This document shows, one piece after another, positions 15,096 through 21,810 of a DNA stretch of 24,000 bases. Numbering within the stretch: the stretch's first letter is position 1; the number at the start of each line of letters is the position of its first letter. The stretch covers positions 20,682 through 44,681 of the forward strand of contig NZ_JAUCBR010000005.1 in NCBI RefSeq assembly GCF_034676725.1, read 5' to 3'. Source of the DNA: Denitromonas sp. GTDB taxonomy: Bacteria > Pseudomonadota > Gammaproteobacteria > Burkholderiales > Rhodocyclaceae. A model generated the notes under the pieces. The model was not told the DNA's origin. It did not search any database and saw only the letters and a program-made list of their open reading frames with translations. A program made the translations under genes and the position numbers.

Positions 15096-15959
15096 TCAGT
15101 AGATTTGCAGTTGCCGCAGGCGTTCGTGCGTGACGAGCCCGGCCGCCAGCAGCGCGTCGCGCTTTGTGTTGGTGATCACGCTGGTCGGGACGTGCGCGCC
15201 GGAGTTGATCCAATCCGCCAGCCTTCGGAGCTGCGCATCGGCATTGGGCGCGACGGCTGCGGATAGCGCATCGCTGTTCTCAGCGATTTTCGACCTTTCG
15301 GCTTGGCGCCTGCGCTGGGCATGGGCGTGCCGGATCGCATCCGTGAAGTAATCCCACGTTCGGATCGGGCTTCTGCGTTCGGTTGCGGTGCGCTCCCGAA
15401 GGACCGGGATCACGTCGGTCTGGATGTTCAGACCGGCCTCGAGCCATCCCTCAATCACGTGTCCCGTCGACACGATCTGCTTTCGCGCCAATTCGCTCAG
15501 TCCCGGACCGCAGGCTGCCAGGCACTCGGCCTCGGCATCGCTGGCGGCGCGACTGCGCTGCGTAGTAATTACAGGTTCTCTTACAAGGTTAGTCTCCGAA
15601 TTTCGGAGACGGGATTCGCCATTTTTCGGAGACGGCTCCGGCCCTTTTCCGTCTCCGATTTTCGGAGTCGGGTCTTGTGGAAAGTCCGGCTCGAACCCAA
15701 AAATATAGCGGGTTGACATTTGCTTTCGGGTGTCGGGGTTGATCCGCCGAACCCGCCTGATGAGCCCGATTTCCTCGAGTTTGGCGAGGTGATCGTTCAG
15801 CGACGACACCGACATTTCAGCGTCGACGGCGAGCTGCTGCTGCGATGGAAAGCAGCCGTTGTCCGGGTTGTGGCGATCGGCCAGCATGACGAGAACGCGC
15901 CATGTGGCGGGCTTCAATCCGCGCTGCTGAAATGCCCAGTTCGTGGCCTTGTGGCTCAT
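15096..15959 (-). CDS. replication initiator / replisome organiser with N-terminal winged HTH
   Basis: 287 aa from ATG 15959, with GAGAGGGGA upstream. The N-terminus ATNWAFQQRGLKPATWRVLVMLADRHNPDNGCFPSQQQLAVDAEMSVSSLNDHLAKLEEIGLIRRV is typical of phage/plasmid Rep HTH domains. Iterons sit inside the linker-coding part of the gene. Confidence 0.7.
   Translation of the reverse strand: MSHKATNWAFQQRGLKPATWRVLVMLADRHNPDNGCFPSQQQLAVDAEMSVSSLNDHLAKLEEIGLIRRVRRINPDTRKQMSTRYIFGFEPDFPQDPTPKIGDGKGPEPSPKNGESRLRNSETNLVREPVITTQRSRAASDAEAECLAACGPGLSELARKQIVSTGHVIEGWLEAGLNIQTDVIPVLRERTATERRSPIRTWDYFTDAIRHAHAQRRRQAERSKIAENSDALSAAVAPNADAQLRRLADWINSGAHVPTSVITNTKRDALLAAGLVTHERLRQLQIY
15592..15669. repeat. iteron-like array of TCGGAGAC / GTCTCCGA (putative phage origin)
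   Basis: Perfect palindrome GTCTCCGAA-T-TTCGGAGAC at 15592-15610. A single TTCGGAGAC at 15625-15633. A second palindrome GTCTCCGA-TTT-TCGGAGTC at 15651-15669. A/T-rich stretches flank the array at about 15561-15590 and 15695-15720. Confidence 0.6.
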
Positions 15960-16234
15960 TGGAAGGTCCCCTCTCGAAGTTCGGGGGACGTTCCATCGAG
16001 CTGGGAAGCGGCACGTAGGCGCGGAACGGCGCGGGAAGCCTCGGCGCCGCGCCTCCGGTTCGGTCGAAAAAATCGGCACGCATCGCAGCCCGCCGCAGCG
16101 CGCCGTAGAGGGTGCTTGGCGTCAGCCTGCGCCCACCCTGGCGGCCAGCCGCGAGAAGGCCGCTCCTGCGCCCGCAGCTCGTCCGTGGTGAACTTGCGCC
16201 GCTTTCGGTGCGCCTCGATGAACGCCGCACTCAT
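15956..16234 (-). CDS. hypothetical Arg-rich small protein (uncertain)
   Basis: 92 codons bounded by ATGA start/stop overlaps with VRR-NUC (16234-16231) and with the Rep gene (15959-15956). Codon bias is good only in the first ~25 codons. Confidence 0.4.
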   Translation of the reverse strand: MSAAFIEAHRKRRKFTTDELRAQERPSRGWPPGWAQADAKHPLRRAAAGCDACRFFRPNRRRGAEASRAVPRLRAASQLDGTSPELREGTFQ

Positions 16235-16611
16235 GGCGTCCCAGCGATCCGTGTCGCGAAGCCATGCGCGCGCAGTGCCCTGACCGCGTCGTCCACCGAC
16301 CGGACGAGCGCCCAGCAAAAGCCTTGCTGGGTCACCGCATCGCGGAATTCCTCCTGCGCTGGGCGCAAGCGCCCGGTGCTGCTCTTCACCTCGAGGAACA
16401 TCACCTTGCCCTGCGAGAGCACCACCAGATCGGCGAAGCCCGGGTGAACGCCCATGCCGACAAGAATGGCTTGGCGCACGTGCCCAGCGCGCCCGCCAGA
16501 CGCGATCTCGTTGGCTGCGTGGTGCACGATCGAGCCCTTTGGCAGAACCGCCCGCAGGAGGCTCACGATGGCTCTCTGAATGTCCGCCTCCGGCGTGCCG
16601 CGCTTCTTCAC
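16231..16611 (-). CDS. VRR-NUC domain nuclease (PD-(D/E)xK fold)
   Basis: 126 aa. EADIQRAIVSLL..., then GVHPGFADLVVLSQGKVMFLEVKSSTGRLRPAQEEF gives the D...E-x-K catalytic pattern typical of VRR-NUC. Confidence 0.8.
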   Translation of the reverse strand: MKKRGTPEADIQRAIVSLLRAVLPKGSIVHHAANEIASGGRAGHVRQAILVGMGVHPGFADLVVLSQGKVMFLEVKSSTGRLRPAQEEFRDAVTQQGFCWALVRSVDDAVRALRAHGFATRIAGTP

Positions 16612-17183
16612 CGGACGCCTCCGTGGCCGAGGCCGGGGATAAGCGCGTCGACGCCCTGCCGCATGCAGGCAAAGCGGATCGCCACCACTTCCGGGTTATC
16701 CGCCCAGCGCTCGCCGGGCTTGTCGTGCAGCTCGTCCCAAAGCACCGAGAACGCGCGCCGCGGGTCGCCACCAGACGCATCAAGGTGCTGCGTGGCGCCG
16801 ATGCCCTCGTCGTAGCACTCGCGGTCCTCGATCTGCTGCAGCAGCTCGGTATGCACATGAATGACGCGGAGCGTCAGGCGCGAGATTTCGCGCGGCATGA
16901 AGCGGGGGATGCGCGGACCAGGCAAAGGCTTGGCCAGACGCTTGGGCCAGGGGACCTCGCGCTCCCGCCCGTCGGCCTCATAGGAAAAGACCAGCCGTCC
17001 GGGCGTGACGTTGATCCCGGAAATGCGGATCGCCTCTCTCACCCAGAGCAGGTCGCCCGGCTGCAGGCGGGCCAGTGGCGAGGACGACAGCCTGCGCGTG
17101 ACGGTCTTGCAGCGATCCTGCAGGGCGAGAACCATCGGTCCGGAAAAGCTGATGGGCAGGATGCGGGTCGGTTCAGCGTGCAT
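16608..17183 (-). CDS. ASCH/PUA-like domain protein
   Basis: 191 aa. The N-terminal ILPISFSGPMVLALQDRCKTVTRRL...LQPGDLLWVRE pattern matches my memory of phage ASCH-like proteins. A 4-nt overlap with the VRR-NUC gene. Confidence 0.55.
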   Translation of the reverse strand: MHAEPTRILPISFSGPMVLALQDRCKTVTRRLSSSPLARLQPGDLLWVREAIRISGINVTPGRLVFSYEADGREREVPWPKRLAKPLPGPRIPRFMPREISRLTLRVIHVHTELLQQIEDRECYDEGIGATQHLDASGGDPRRAFSVLWDELHDKPGERWADNPEVVAIRFACMRQGVDALIPGLGHGGVR

Positions 17184-17916
17184 CGCGCGCCTCCGGATAG
17201 TCGGTCTTGCGCTCGAGGCGTTTGCGGCAGGGCGGGATCCAGATGAGTTGCGGCGGCGTCCGCGACCAGCCGGGCGGGATCGGCCGAGTATCCCAGACCA
17301 GCCAGCAGTAGGCTGTCGCCGTCGAGCCGGTCGCGGTGAGGCGTCCCTTCACCATCGGCACTCGCTCGGCGAACTGCGCGACGAAGGTCGGCGGGTGAGG
17401 CAGGAACAGGCGGCCGTGGCGATCCACGCCCTCAAGGAATGCAAGGCGCGTCAGCATCGCCACGCCCTTGCGCGGCTGCAGCGCGATGGCGCGCCGAATG
17501 AACTCTGGCGCCAGCTTGAACGGCGGATTGGTGATGATCCAGTCGACGCCCTGTTTCTCGATGCGCGGCGGCACGGCGTCGAGGCCGAGGAAATCCGCCA
17601 CTCGCGTCTGGCCGTGGTATTCGGCTGTGCGGGCCTCCTCTCCGCTGTAATCAGCGACGTCCGATGCGTGTACGGCGAAGAAGTACTCGGCCAGCGTTGC
17701 CGCCATGTGCCCGCGCCCGCAGGCAGGCTCCCAGACGTTCTGAGACCGATGTTCGGCAGGAATGCGATCAGCCGACCAATCGGCTCCTGAAAGCCGCGGG
17801 CCGATCACTTCCTCGATCAGCGCCCGGGTTGCCCATGGTGGCGTCGGAAAATCATCGAGGCTCTGCCGGGATTCGACGCGCCTCTGCATGACGGCGGTGG
17901 AACGGTTCTGCGTCAT
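17173..17916 (-). CDS. SAM-dependent DNA methyltransferase (NPPF motif, probable N6-adenine)
   Basis: 247 aa. Motifs DFPTPPWATRAL, VWEPACGRGHMA (SAM-binding-like) and DWIITNPPF (catalytic). Confidence 0.8.
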   Translation of the reverse strand: MTQNRSTAVMQRRVESRQSLDDFPTPPWATRALIEEVIGPRLSGADWSADRIPAEHRSQNVWEPACGRGHMAATLAEYFFAVHASDVADYSGEEARTAEYHGQTRVADFLGLDAVPPRIEKQGVDWIITNPPFKLAPEFIRRAIALQPRKGVAMLTRLAFLEGVDRHGRLFLPHPPTFVAQFAERVPMVKGRLTATGSTATAYCWLVWDTRPIPPGWSRTPPQLIWIPPCRKRLERKTDYPEARDAR

Positions 17917-17919
17917 CGT

Positions 17920-18147
17920 TCACTCCCCGATGCTCGCCGCCGGATGGCGGGCGCGGGAGAGCAGGCGCGGGCAATCCGTATCGCCGAAGAACGGGCACCA
18001 CGACAGGTGCCCCGATCCGTCGGGCGCGATGGGCTGGTGGCAATCAGCGCACCGCTGGTCGACCGGGACTTCCGGCTTTCGGGTGAGCCCGACCACTGTG
18101 ATGAAGCCGTCGTCCTCGACGTTGTCGTACTGCCGCATGGCGATCAC
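17920..18147 (-). CDS. small Cys-containing hypothetical protein (possible zinc ribbon)
   Basis: 75 aa with CADC-N14-C-N7-C. The GTG start overlaps the upstream stop (GTGA). Confidence 0.45.
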   Translation of the reverse strand: MIAMRQYDNVEDDGFITVVGLTRKPEVPVDQRCADCHQPIAPDGSGHLSWCPFFGDTDCPRLLSRARHPAASIGE

Positions 18148-18359
18148 TCCACGCCAGCGGTGCGCGTCAGCCGGGTGACGATCGCTTCCATCAGGTCGAT
18201 GCGGCGATCCGCATCTTCTTGCGACAGCCGGCCAGCGCGCACTTGGTTGGGATAGACGCGACGGCGCATGAACGCTTCGCGCTGGGCTTCCTCGATAAGC
18301 TCCCGGACGCCGAAGCGTCCGGAGGCCACAATCTGTGGTGCTCGATCAGCCATCGACAA
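18144..18359 (-). CDS. hypothetical protein
   Basis: 71 aa, helical (REAFMRRRVYPNQVRAGRLSQEDADRRIDLMEAIVTRL), coupled within the early operon. Confidence 0.5.
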   Translation of the reverse strand: MSMADRAPQIVASGRFGVRELIEEAQREAFMRRRVYPNQVRAGRLSQEDADRRIDLMEAIVTRLTRTAGVE

Positions 18360-18756
18360 AGCCCTCGCAGGCTTTCTCGATCATCCGGTCGATGGTCTTT
18401 CGGCCGCTTTCGCCGATCGGGTCGGGGCCCCATTCGTGGGCGATCCGTTTCCCGCCCGGCATTTCGAGCGACAAGCGGAAGGAAGGAGCGAACCGCTTGG
18501 GGATTTCGTCGCTGATCCACGGGATCGGGTACCATGGGCGCCCGGCGTAGTTGTCGGCGAAGTCGACCAGCTCGTTGTCCGGTCCGTCCTGCTCGAGGAA
18601 CCGGACCATAATGCTCTCGTCCTCGTTGTCCTCGGCCCAGACCTGCACCAGCCACCATTGGTCGCGGCCAGAAATGTTGGCGCGCATGAAGCCGAACGGT
18701 TCGCCGGTGTCGTGCGGGTTGAACGGGACCAGATAGCTTTGCTTCAGGTCGAGCAT
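18346..18756 (-). CDS. hypothetical protein
   Basis: 136 aa from ATG 18756, overlapping the DUF2303 stop (TGATG). MLDLKQSYLVPFNPHDTGEPFGFMRANISGRDQWWLVQVWAEDNEDE... has coding-like composition. The upstream part of the track ORF is rejected. Confidence 0.55.
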   Translation of the reverse strand: MLDLKQSYLVPFNPHDTGEPFGFMRANISGRDQWWLVQVWAEDNEDESIMVRFLEQDGPDNELVDFADNYAGRPWYPIPWISDEIPKRFAPSFRLSLEMPGGKRIAHEWGPDPIGESGRKTIDRMIEKACEGFVDG

Positions 18757-19619
18757 CACGACGCCCTCCCGAAGAACACCGGCCGCCCGGTCTCTTCCGC
18801 AGCGGCGACAGCGATCTGCATGAAGTGCGCCCGGCGCTGGTACTCCACCCGGCGCCAGATGAAGCCCATCTGAAGCTGCCCGCCGTTGATCCGCCACCGG
18901 AAGGCACAGCGCAGAGGCACCGGCTCTTCGCCCTCGTAGAGCGGGATCGAGAGCACGAACTCGCGCGGCACCTTGATGTCGCCCTTGGCGCGGGTTTCGG
19001 TCTCGTAGACGAAGGACCGGTCACCGTTCTCGAGCCGCGTCGAGCTCTTGAAGGTCACGCCCTGCGTGCCTTCCAGATCCCGGCTGATCTCGATCAGGAC
19101 CGCAGGCTCTGGATCGATCACGTCGACCGCGTTTTCCTCGAGGAACGCGGCAAATTCCGCCTGCCCGTGGAAGGAGTTCTCCATCTCCGCCCAGCGCTTG
19201 AATTCCTCTGACGGGCGAAGCTTCAGCGTGCAGGTGTGCTCGCGCGGCTGCGGATCGAGGCTTTCTCCGTCGACCACGGCATTGTCGAAGTGCCAGTCGA
19301 GAACCGCCTTGATGCTGCCTGCGTCGTAATCCGCGATCAGGACGGACCGAGCGTCCGAGAAGCGGTTCACGTAGGCCGAGAGGGACGCGCGCTGGTCGAC
19401 AACCACCGCCGTTTTGATGATGTGCGGAGGCAGCGCGTGCGGGTCGTGGGCGGCCTCGAGGCGGAAGCCCTCGGGCACGAGGATGTGGCGCGCGCCATGC
19501 GGCCCCTCGATCACCGGGGAAGCCAGCCGTGCCGCCTTGATGGCGGCGTCCAGCGCGCTTTCCGGATGTGCTTCGACGTGCGCGCTGGTGCTGGCCTGCG
19601 GCGGGAGTTTCGTAGCCAT
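18756..19619 (-). CDS. DUF2303 (YfdQ-like) family protein
   Basis: 287 aa. SLSAYVNRFSDARSVLIADYD, QAEFAAFLEENAVDVIDPEPAVLIEISRDLE, FKSSTRLENGDRSFVYETE and LRCAFRWRINGGQL resemble my memory of the DUF2303 pattern. Confidence 0.7.
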   Translation of the reverse strand: MATKLPPQASTSAHVEAHPESALDAAIKAARLASPVIEGPHGARHILVPEGFRLEAAHDPHALPPHIIKTAVVVDQRASLSAYVNRFSDARSVLIADYDAGSIKAVLDWHFDNAVVDGESLDPQPREHTCTLKLRPSEEFKRWAEMENSFHGQAEFAAFLEENAVDVIDPEPAVLIEISRDLEGTQGVTFKSSTRLENGDRSFVYETETRAKGDIKVPREFVLSIPLYEGEEPVPLRCAFRWRINGGQLQMGFIWRRVEYQRRAHFMQIAVAAAEETGRPVFFGRAS

Positions 19620-19642
19620 TTGCTGTCCTTTCGGGGATGGGG

Positions 19643-19987
19643 TTACTGAAGGTCCGCGCGCTCGCGCCGGGCCTCGAGCTCGTCAAAGAGGTCTTCCTGG
19701 GAGGGATCGCGACGGGTCAGGCGCCCTTCGTCGGTCACGTAGTAGATGCCGGTGCCGAGCGGCTTCCGAGGCTTCTTGCAGGACAGCTGCGGGACGCACT
19801 CGATCTGCCCGGCCTCGTTGACCTTGAAGGGCAGCTTGATCGTGATCTCGCCCTTGCCGCCCGTGCGCCGGATGGCCTCCATCAGCTCGCCGAACTGTTC
19901 GTCGGCTTCGGAGATCAGCTCGCCGCGTCGGAAGCTCTGCAGGAATTCGAGAAAGGAAAGTTCGTCGCGTGCCATGCGCGTCTCCAT
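19643..19987 (-). CDS. hypothetical early protein
   Basis: 114 aa. The ATG overlaps the upstream stop (TGATG). Coding-like composition. Confidence 0.55.
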   Translation of the reverse strand: METRMARDELSFLEFLQSFRRGELISEADEQFGELMEAIRRTGGKGEITIKLPFKVNEAGQIECVPQLSCKKPRKPLGTGIYYVTDEGRLTRRDPSQEDLFDELEARRERADLQ

Positions 19988-20280
19988 CAGCCGGGGGTGA
20001 AAAGCAGGAAGAGGTAGAGGATGCCGAACAGGCAGACCGCGCCGAACAGGTCGCCCAGCCAGCGCCGGATGCGCCCCTTGCGGTTAAGGTCGGCGACGGC
20101 GTCACGAACGATGGCGGCGTGCAGCGCCTTCGCGCGCTCGTGGTCCATCCAGTCGCCGTAGGCCTGCAGGAACTCGCACGCGTCGAGGACAGAAGCGTCG
20201 TCGTGCATGTCGGGGTTGGCGATGATCTGCCGCGCGTCCGCGACCGTCATGCTGGGGAAGCGGATCACCTGGGCGCTCAT
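19987..20280 (-). CDS. tail-anchored small membrane protein
   Basis: 97 aa from ATG 20280 (ATGA overlap with the HTH gene stop). Soluble N-terminal part, then the C-terminal TM LGDLFGAVCLFGILYLFLLFTPG. Confidence 0.55.
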   Translation of the reverse strand: MSAQVIRFPSMTVADARQIIANPDMHDDASVLDACEFLQAYGDWMDHERAKALHAAIVRDAVADLNRKGRIRRWLGDLFGAVCLFGILYLFLLFTPG

Positions 20281-20522
20281 TTGCGGCCACCCGATCCGAC
20301 GCGCGGCCGCTCCTGCTCGCGCAGCCATTCCTGGACCGCGCCACGGCGATAGAGCACCTTCCGGCCGATCCGCACGCAGGCCGGTCCGATGCGCCGGGTT
20401 TCCCAGCGCGCGAGGGTGTCGACCGACAGCCCGAGCTCCTGACCGAGCTCAGCTCTGCTGATCCAGTCTTCCAAGAGCCCCGGCTTTGCCGCGTCGGGGG
20501 AGGGGCCTTCCGTTTCCGCCAT
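20277..20522 (-). CDS. HTH DNA-binding protein (excisionase/MerR-type HTH_17; first gene of early operon, Cro-like position)
   Basis: 81 aa. WISRAELGQELGLSVDTLARWETRRIGPACVRIGRKVLYRRGAVQEWL is a classic HTH_17 pattern. GGAGG lies 8 nt upstream of the ATG. Confidence 0.7.
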   Translation of the reverse strand: MAETEGPSPDAAKPGLLEDWISRAELGQELGLSVDTLARWETRRIGPACVRIGRKVLYRRGAVQEWLREQERPRVGSGGRK

Positions 20523-20783
20523 GCACTGTCCTCCGTTGCGCCGCCCAGCGCGGGCAGCGGTCGGAGGGCATCAAACGCGGTGAAGGGCAGCGGCACCGAG
20601 GCGCGGAGAGGCGCGGGAACCTAAAGGCCCGCGCCGCTGTTCCAAATAGTTAACGCCGACGGCGATTAACCAGTTGATCGCATTCCGTTTTCGAGGAAAT
20701 GGTTAGCGCACCAGCCACGGAATCGTCCGGGCTTGAGCAGGCAGAAGGACCGCAGAGATGAAATCACCAGAGAAAGACTGACC
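20523..20783. promoter_or_regulatory. divergent early/immunity control region with operator-like palindromes
   Basis: Noticeably A/T-richer spacer between divergent genes. It contains GTTAAC-GCCGACGGC-GATTAAC (20649-20670), which has the palindromic core CGCCGACGGCG flanked by TTAAC repeats. It also contains a 7-bp-stem hairpin GCGCGGG-N10-CCCGCGC (20611-20634). Confidence 0.4.
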
Positions 20784-21005
20784 ATGGATGACAGGACGCT
20801 CCTCGCCGCAATTGGCGAGGCGCTCTACGGGCAAAGCTGGAAGGTGGCGTTGGCTGGCGATCTCAAGGTTGATGATCGGTCGCTGCGACGCTGGATCCAG
20901 ACCGGCAAAGTCCCCGACGGAGTGTGGCGCGACCTGATCGTCCTGCTCGCGGATCGGCGCGGAGTGATTGAATTGCTCCTAACCGAAGTTCGCGGCAAGT
21001 CCTGA
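20784..21005 (+). CDS. small hypothetical protein, possible HTH regulator
   Basis: 73 aa from ATG 20784; the track ORF starts at an upstream TTG at 20733. LAGDLKVDDRSLRRWIQTGKVPDGVW resembles a Cro/YdaS-type HTH. Confidence 0.5.
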   Translation: MDDRTLLAAIGEALYGQSWKVALAGDLKVDDRSLRRWIQTGKVPDGVWRDLIVLLADRRGVIELLLTEVRGKS

Positions 21006-21110
21006 CGGGCAAAGTCGCCGCCTAGCTCCAAACTGCTGATTTGGTGAACCTTTCCGCGCCCTCTGGGCAGCGGCGGGCACCGCTTTGAAAAATGGAATGG
21101 AGGTACGAGC

Positions 21111-21707
21111 ATGGGTGTGCTGCCGAGGGTCTTCTTTACGATGACCGAGGCCGCTGCCCGGTGGGGGTACGCGCCTGCGGACATCGCAGGGTGGGCCCAC
21201 CAGGGGCAGCTGGAGATTGTTACCGGAATCGCGCCGGTGGATTGCGGGGGGGAACCTGCTGCGGGACTGGTGGCCATCTCGGTCGCCGACATACTGCCGA
21301 TGTTCCGGAGGTCCGGAACAGGCCCAAGGGAAATGCCGGTGCGCAGGATCCGCGCGCAGGGCAAGGACGAGTGGATGATGATCACCGAACCTGCCGGAGG
21401 GGTGATCGTCTCGATGGACGACTTGTTGATCCTCGCCGACGAGGTCCATCGCTTTGAGGTCGAGCGGGAAATCTTTGGCAAGCCGCACGGAGGGAAGGGA
21501 CCGGAGCCGAAATTTGATTGGGACGAGTTCTGGCGCGCGGTCGCGCTCTGGGTTCATGAGCATGGCGTTCCGCCGACCTTGAAGGAATTCACGGAGGTCA
21601 TGTCGAATTGGTTCCTAGACCAATCGGATGGAAAGAGCAGCCCGAGCGACAGCGTGATCCGCAAGAAGCTCTCGCCGCTCTGGAACCGCCTGCGGCAGGA
21701 GGCGTGA
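21111..21707 (+). CDS. hypothetical protein with N-terminal HTH_17-like motif (candidate repressor or accessory protein)
   Basis: 198 aa. A strong GGAGG lies 7 nt upstream of the ATG. FFTMTEAAARWGYAPADIAGWAHQGQLE is HTH-like. Codon usage is atypical for the element (AGG, GGA, ACA, ATA codons). Confidence 0.6.
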   Translation: MGVLPRVFFTMTEAAARWGYAPADIAGWAHQGQLEIVTGIAPVDCGGEPAAGLVAISVADILPMFRRSGTGPREMPVRRIRAQGKDEWMMITEPAGGVIVSMDDLLILADEVHRFEVEREIFGKPHGGKGPEPKFDWDEFWRAVALWVHEHGVPPTLKEFTEVMSNWFLDQSDGKSSPSDSVIRKKLSPLWNRLRQEA

Positions 21708-21709
21708 CC

Positions 21710-21790
21710 ATGCGCGAGCTGCTCGAGGACCTGCTGGGCGCGGTCGCACTGTTCGCCACGCTTTGGCTTCTGCTGATCCTGACACCTTGA
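21710..21790 (+). CDS. 26-aa hydrophobic micro-protein
   Basis: AGGAGG at 21697-21702, 7 nt before ATG 21710. Peptide MRELLEDLLGAVALFATLWLLLILTP. Starts 2 nt after the upstream stop. Confidence 0.45.
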   Translation: MRELLEDLLGAVALFATLWLLLILTP

Positions 21791-21810
21791 TGTCAGCACC
21801 GGGGCGGCGT

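Noticed and set aside
15956-16858. 300-aa minus-strand ORF spanning VRR-NUC and part of the ASCH-like gene
   Set aside because: Over 16235-16858 it is out of frame with two recognisable genes and reads as Arg/Ser/Ala junk. Only its last 92 codons (15956-16234) are kept, as a low-confidence gene.
20733-20783. TTG-initiated N-terminal extension of the 73-aa plus-strand gene (track ORF of 90 aa)
   Set aside because: The extension (MSRQKDRRDEITRERLT) lies in the A/T-rich control region with no Shine-Dalgarno. The in-frame ATG at 20784 is a more plausible start.
20825-21563. Minus-strand ORFs of 218 aa and 194 aa opposite the 198-aa plus-strand gene
   Set aside because: The plus-strand gene has a strong GGAGG Shine-Dalgarno and a coherent protein-like sequence. 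The minus-strand translations are Ser/Pro/Arg-rich with no start context.
21779-21796. Hairpin CTGACA-CCTTGA-TGTCAG between the micro-ORF and the integrase 3' end, considered as a bidirectional terminator or att core
   Set aside because: It has only a 6-bp stem and no flanking T/A tract. I found no matching repeat elsewhere in the window. The evidence is too weak to call.
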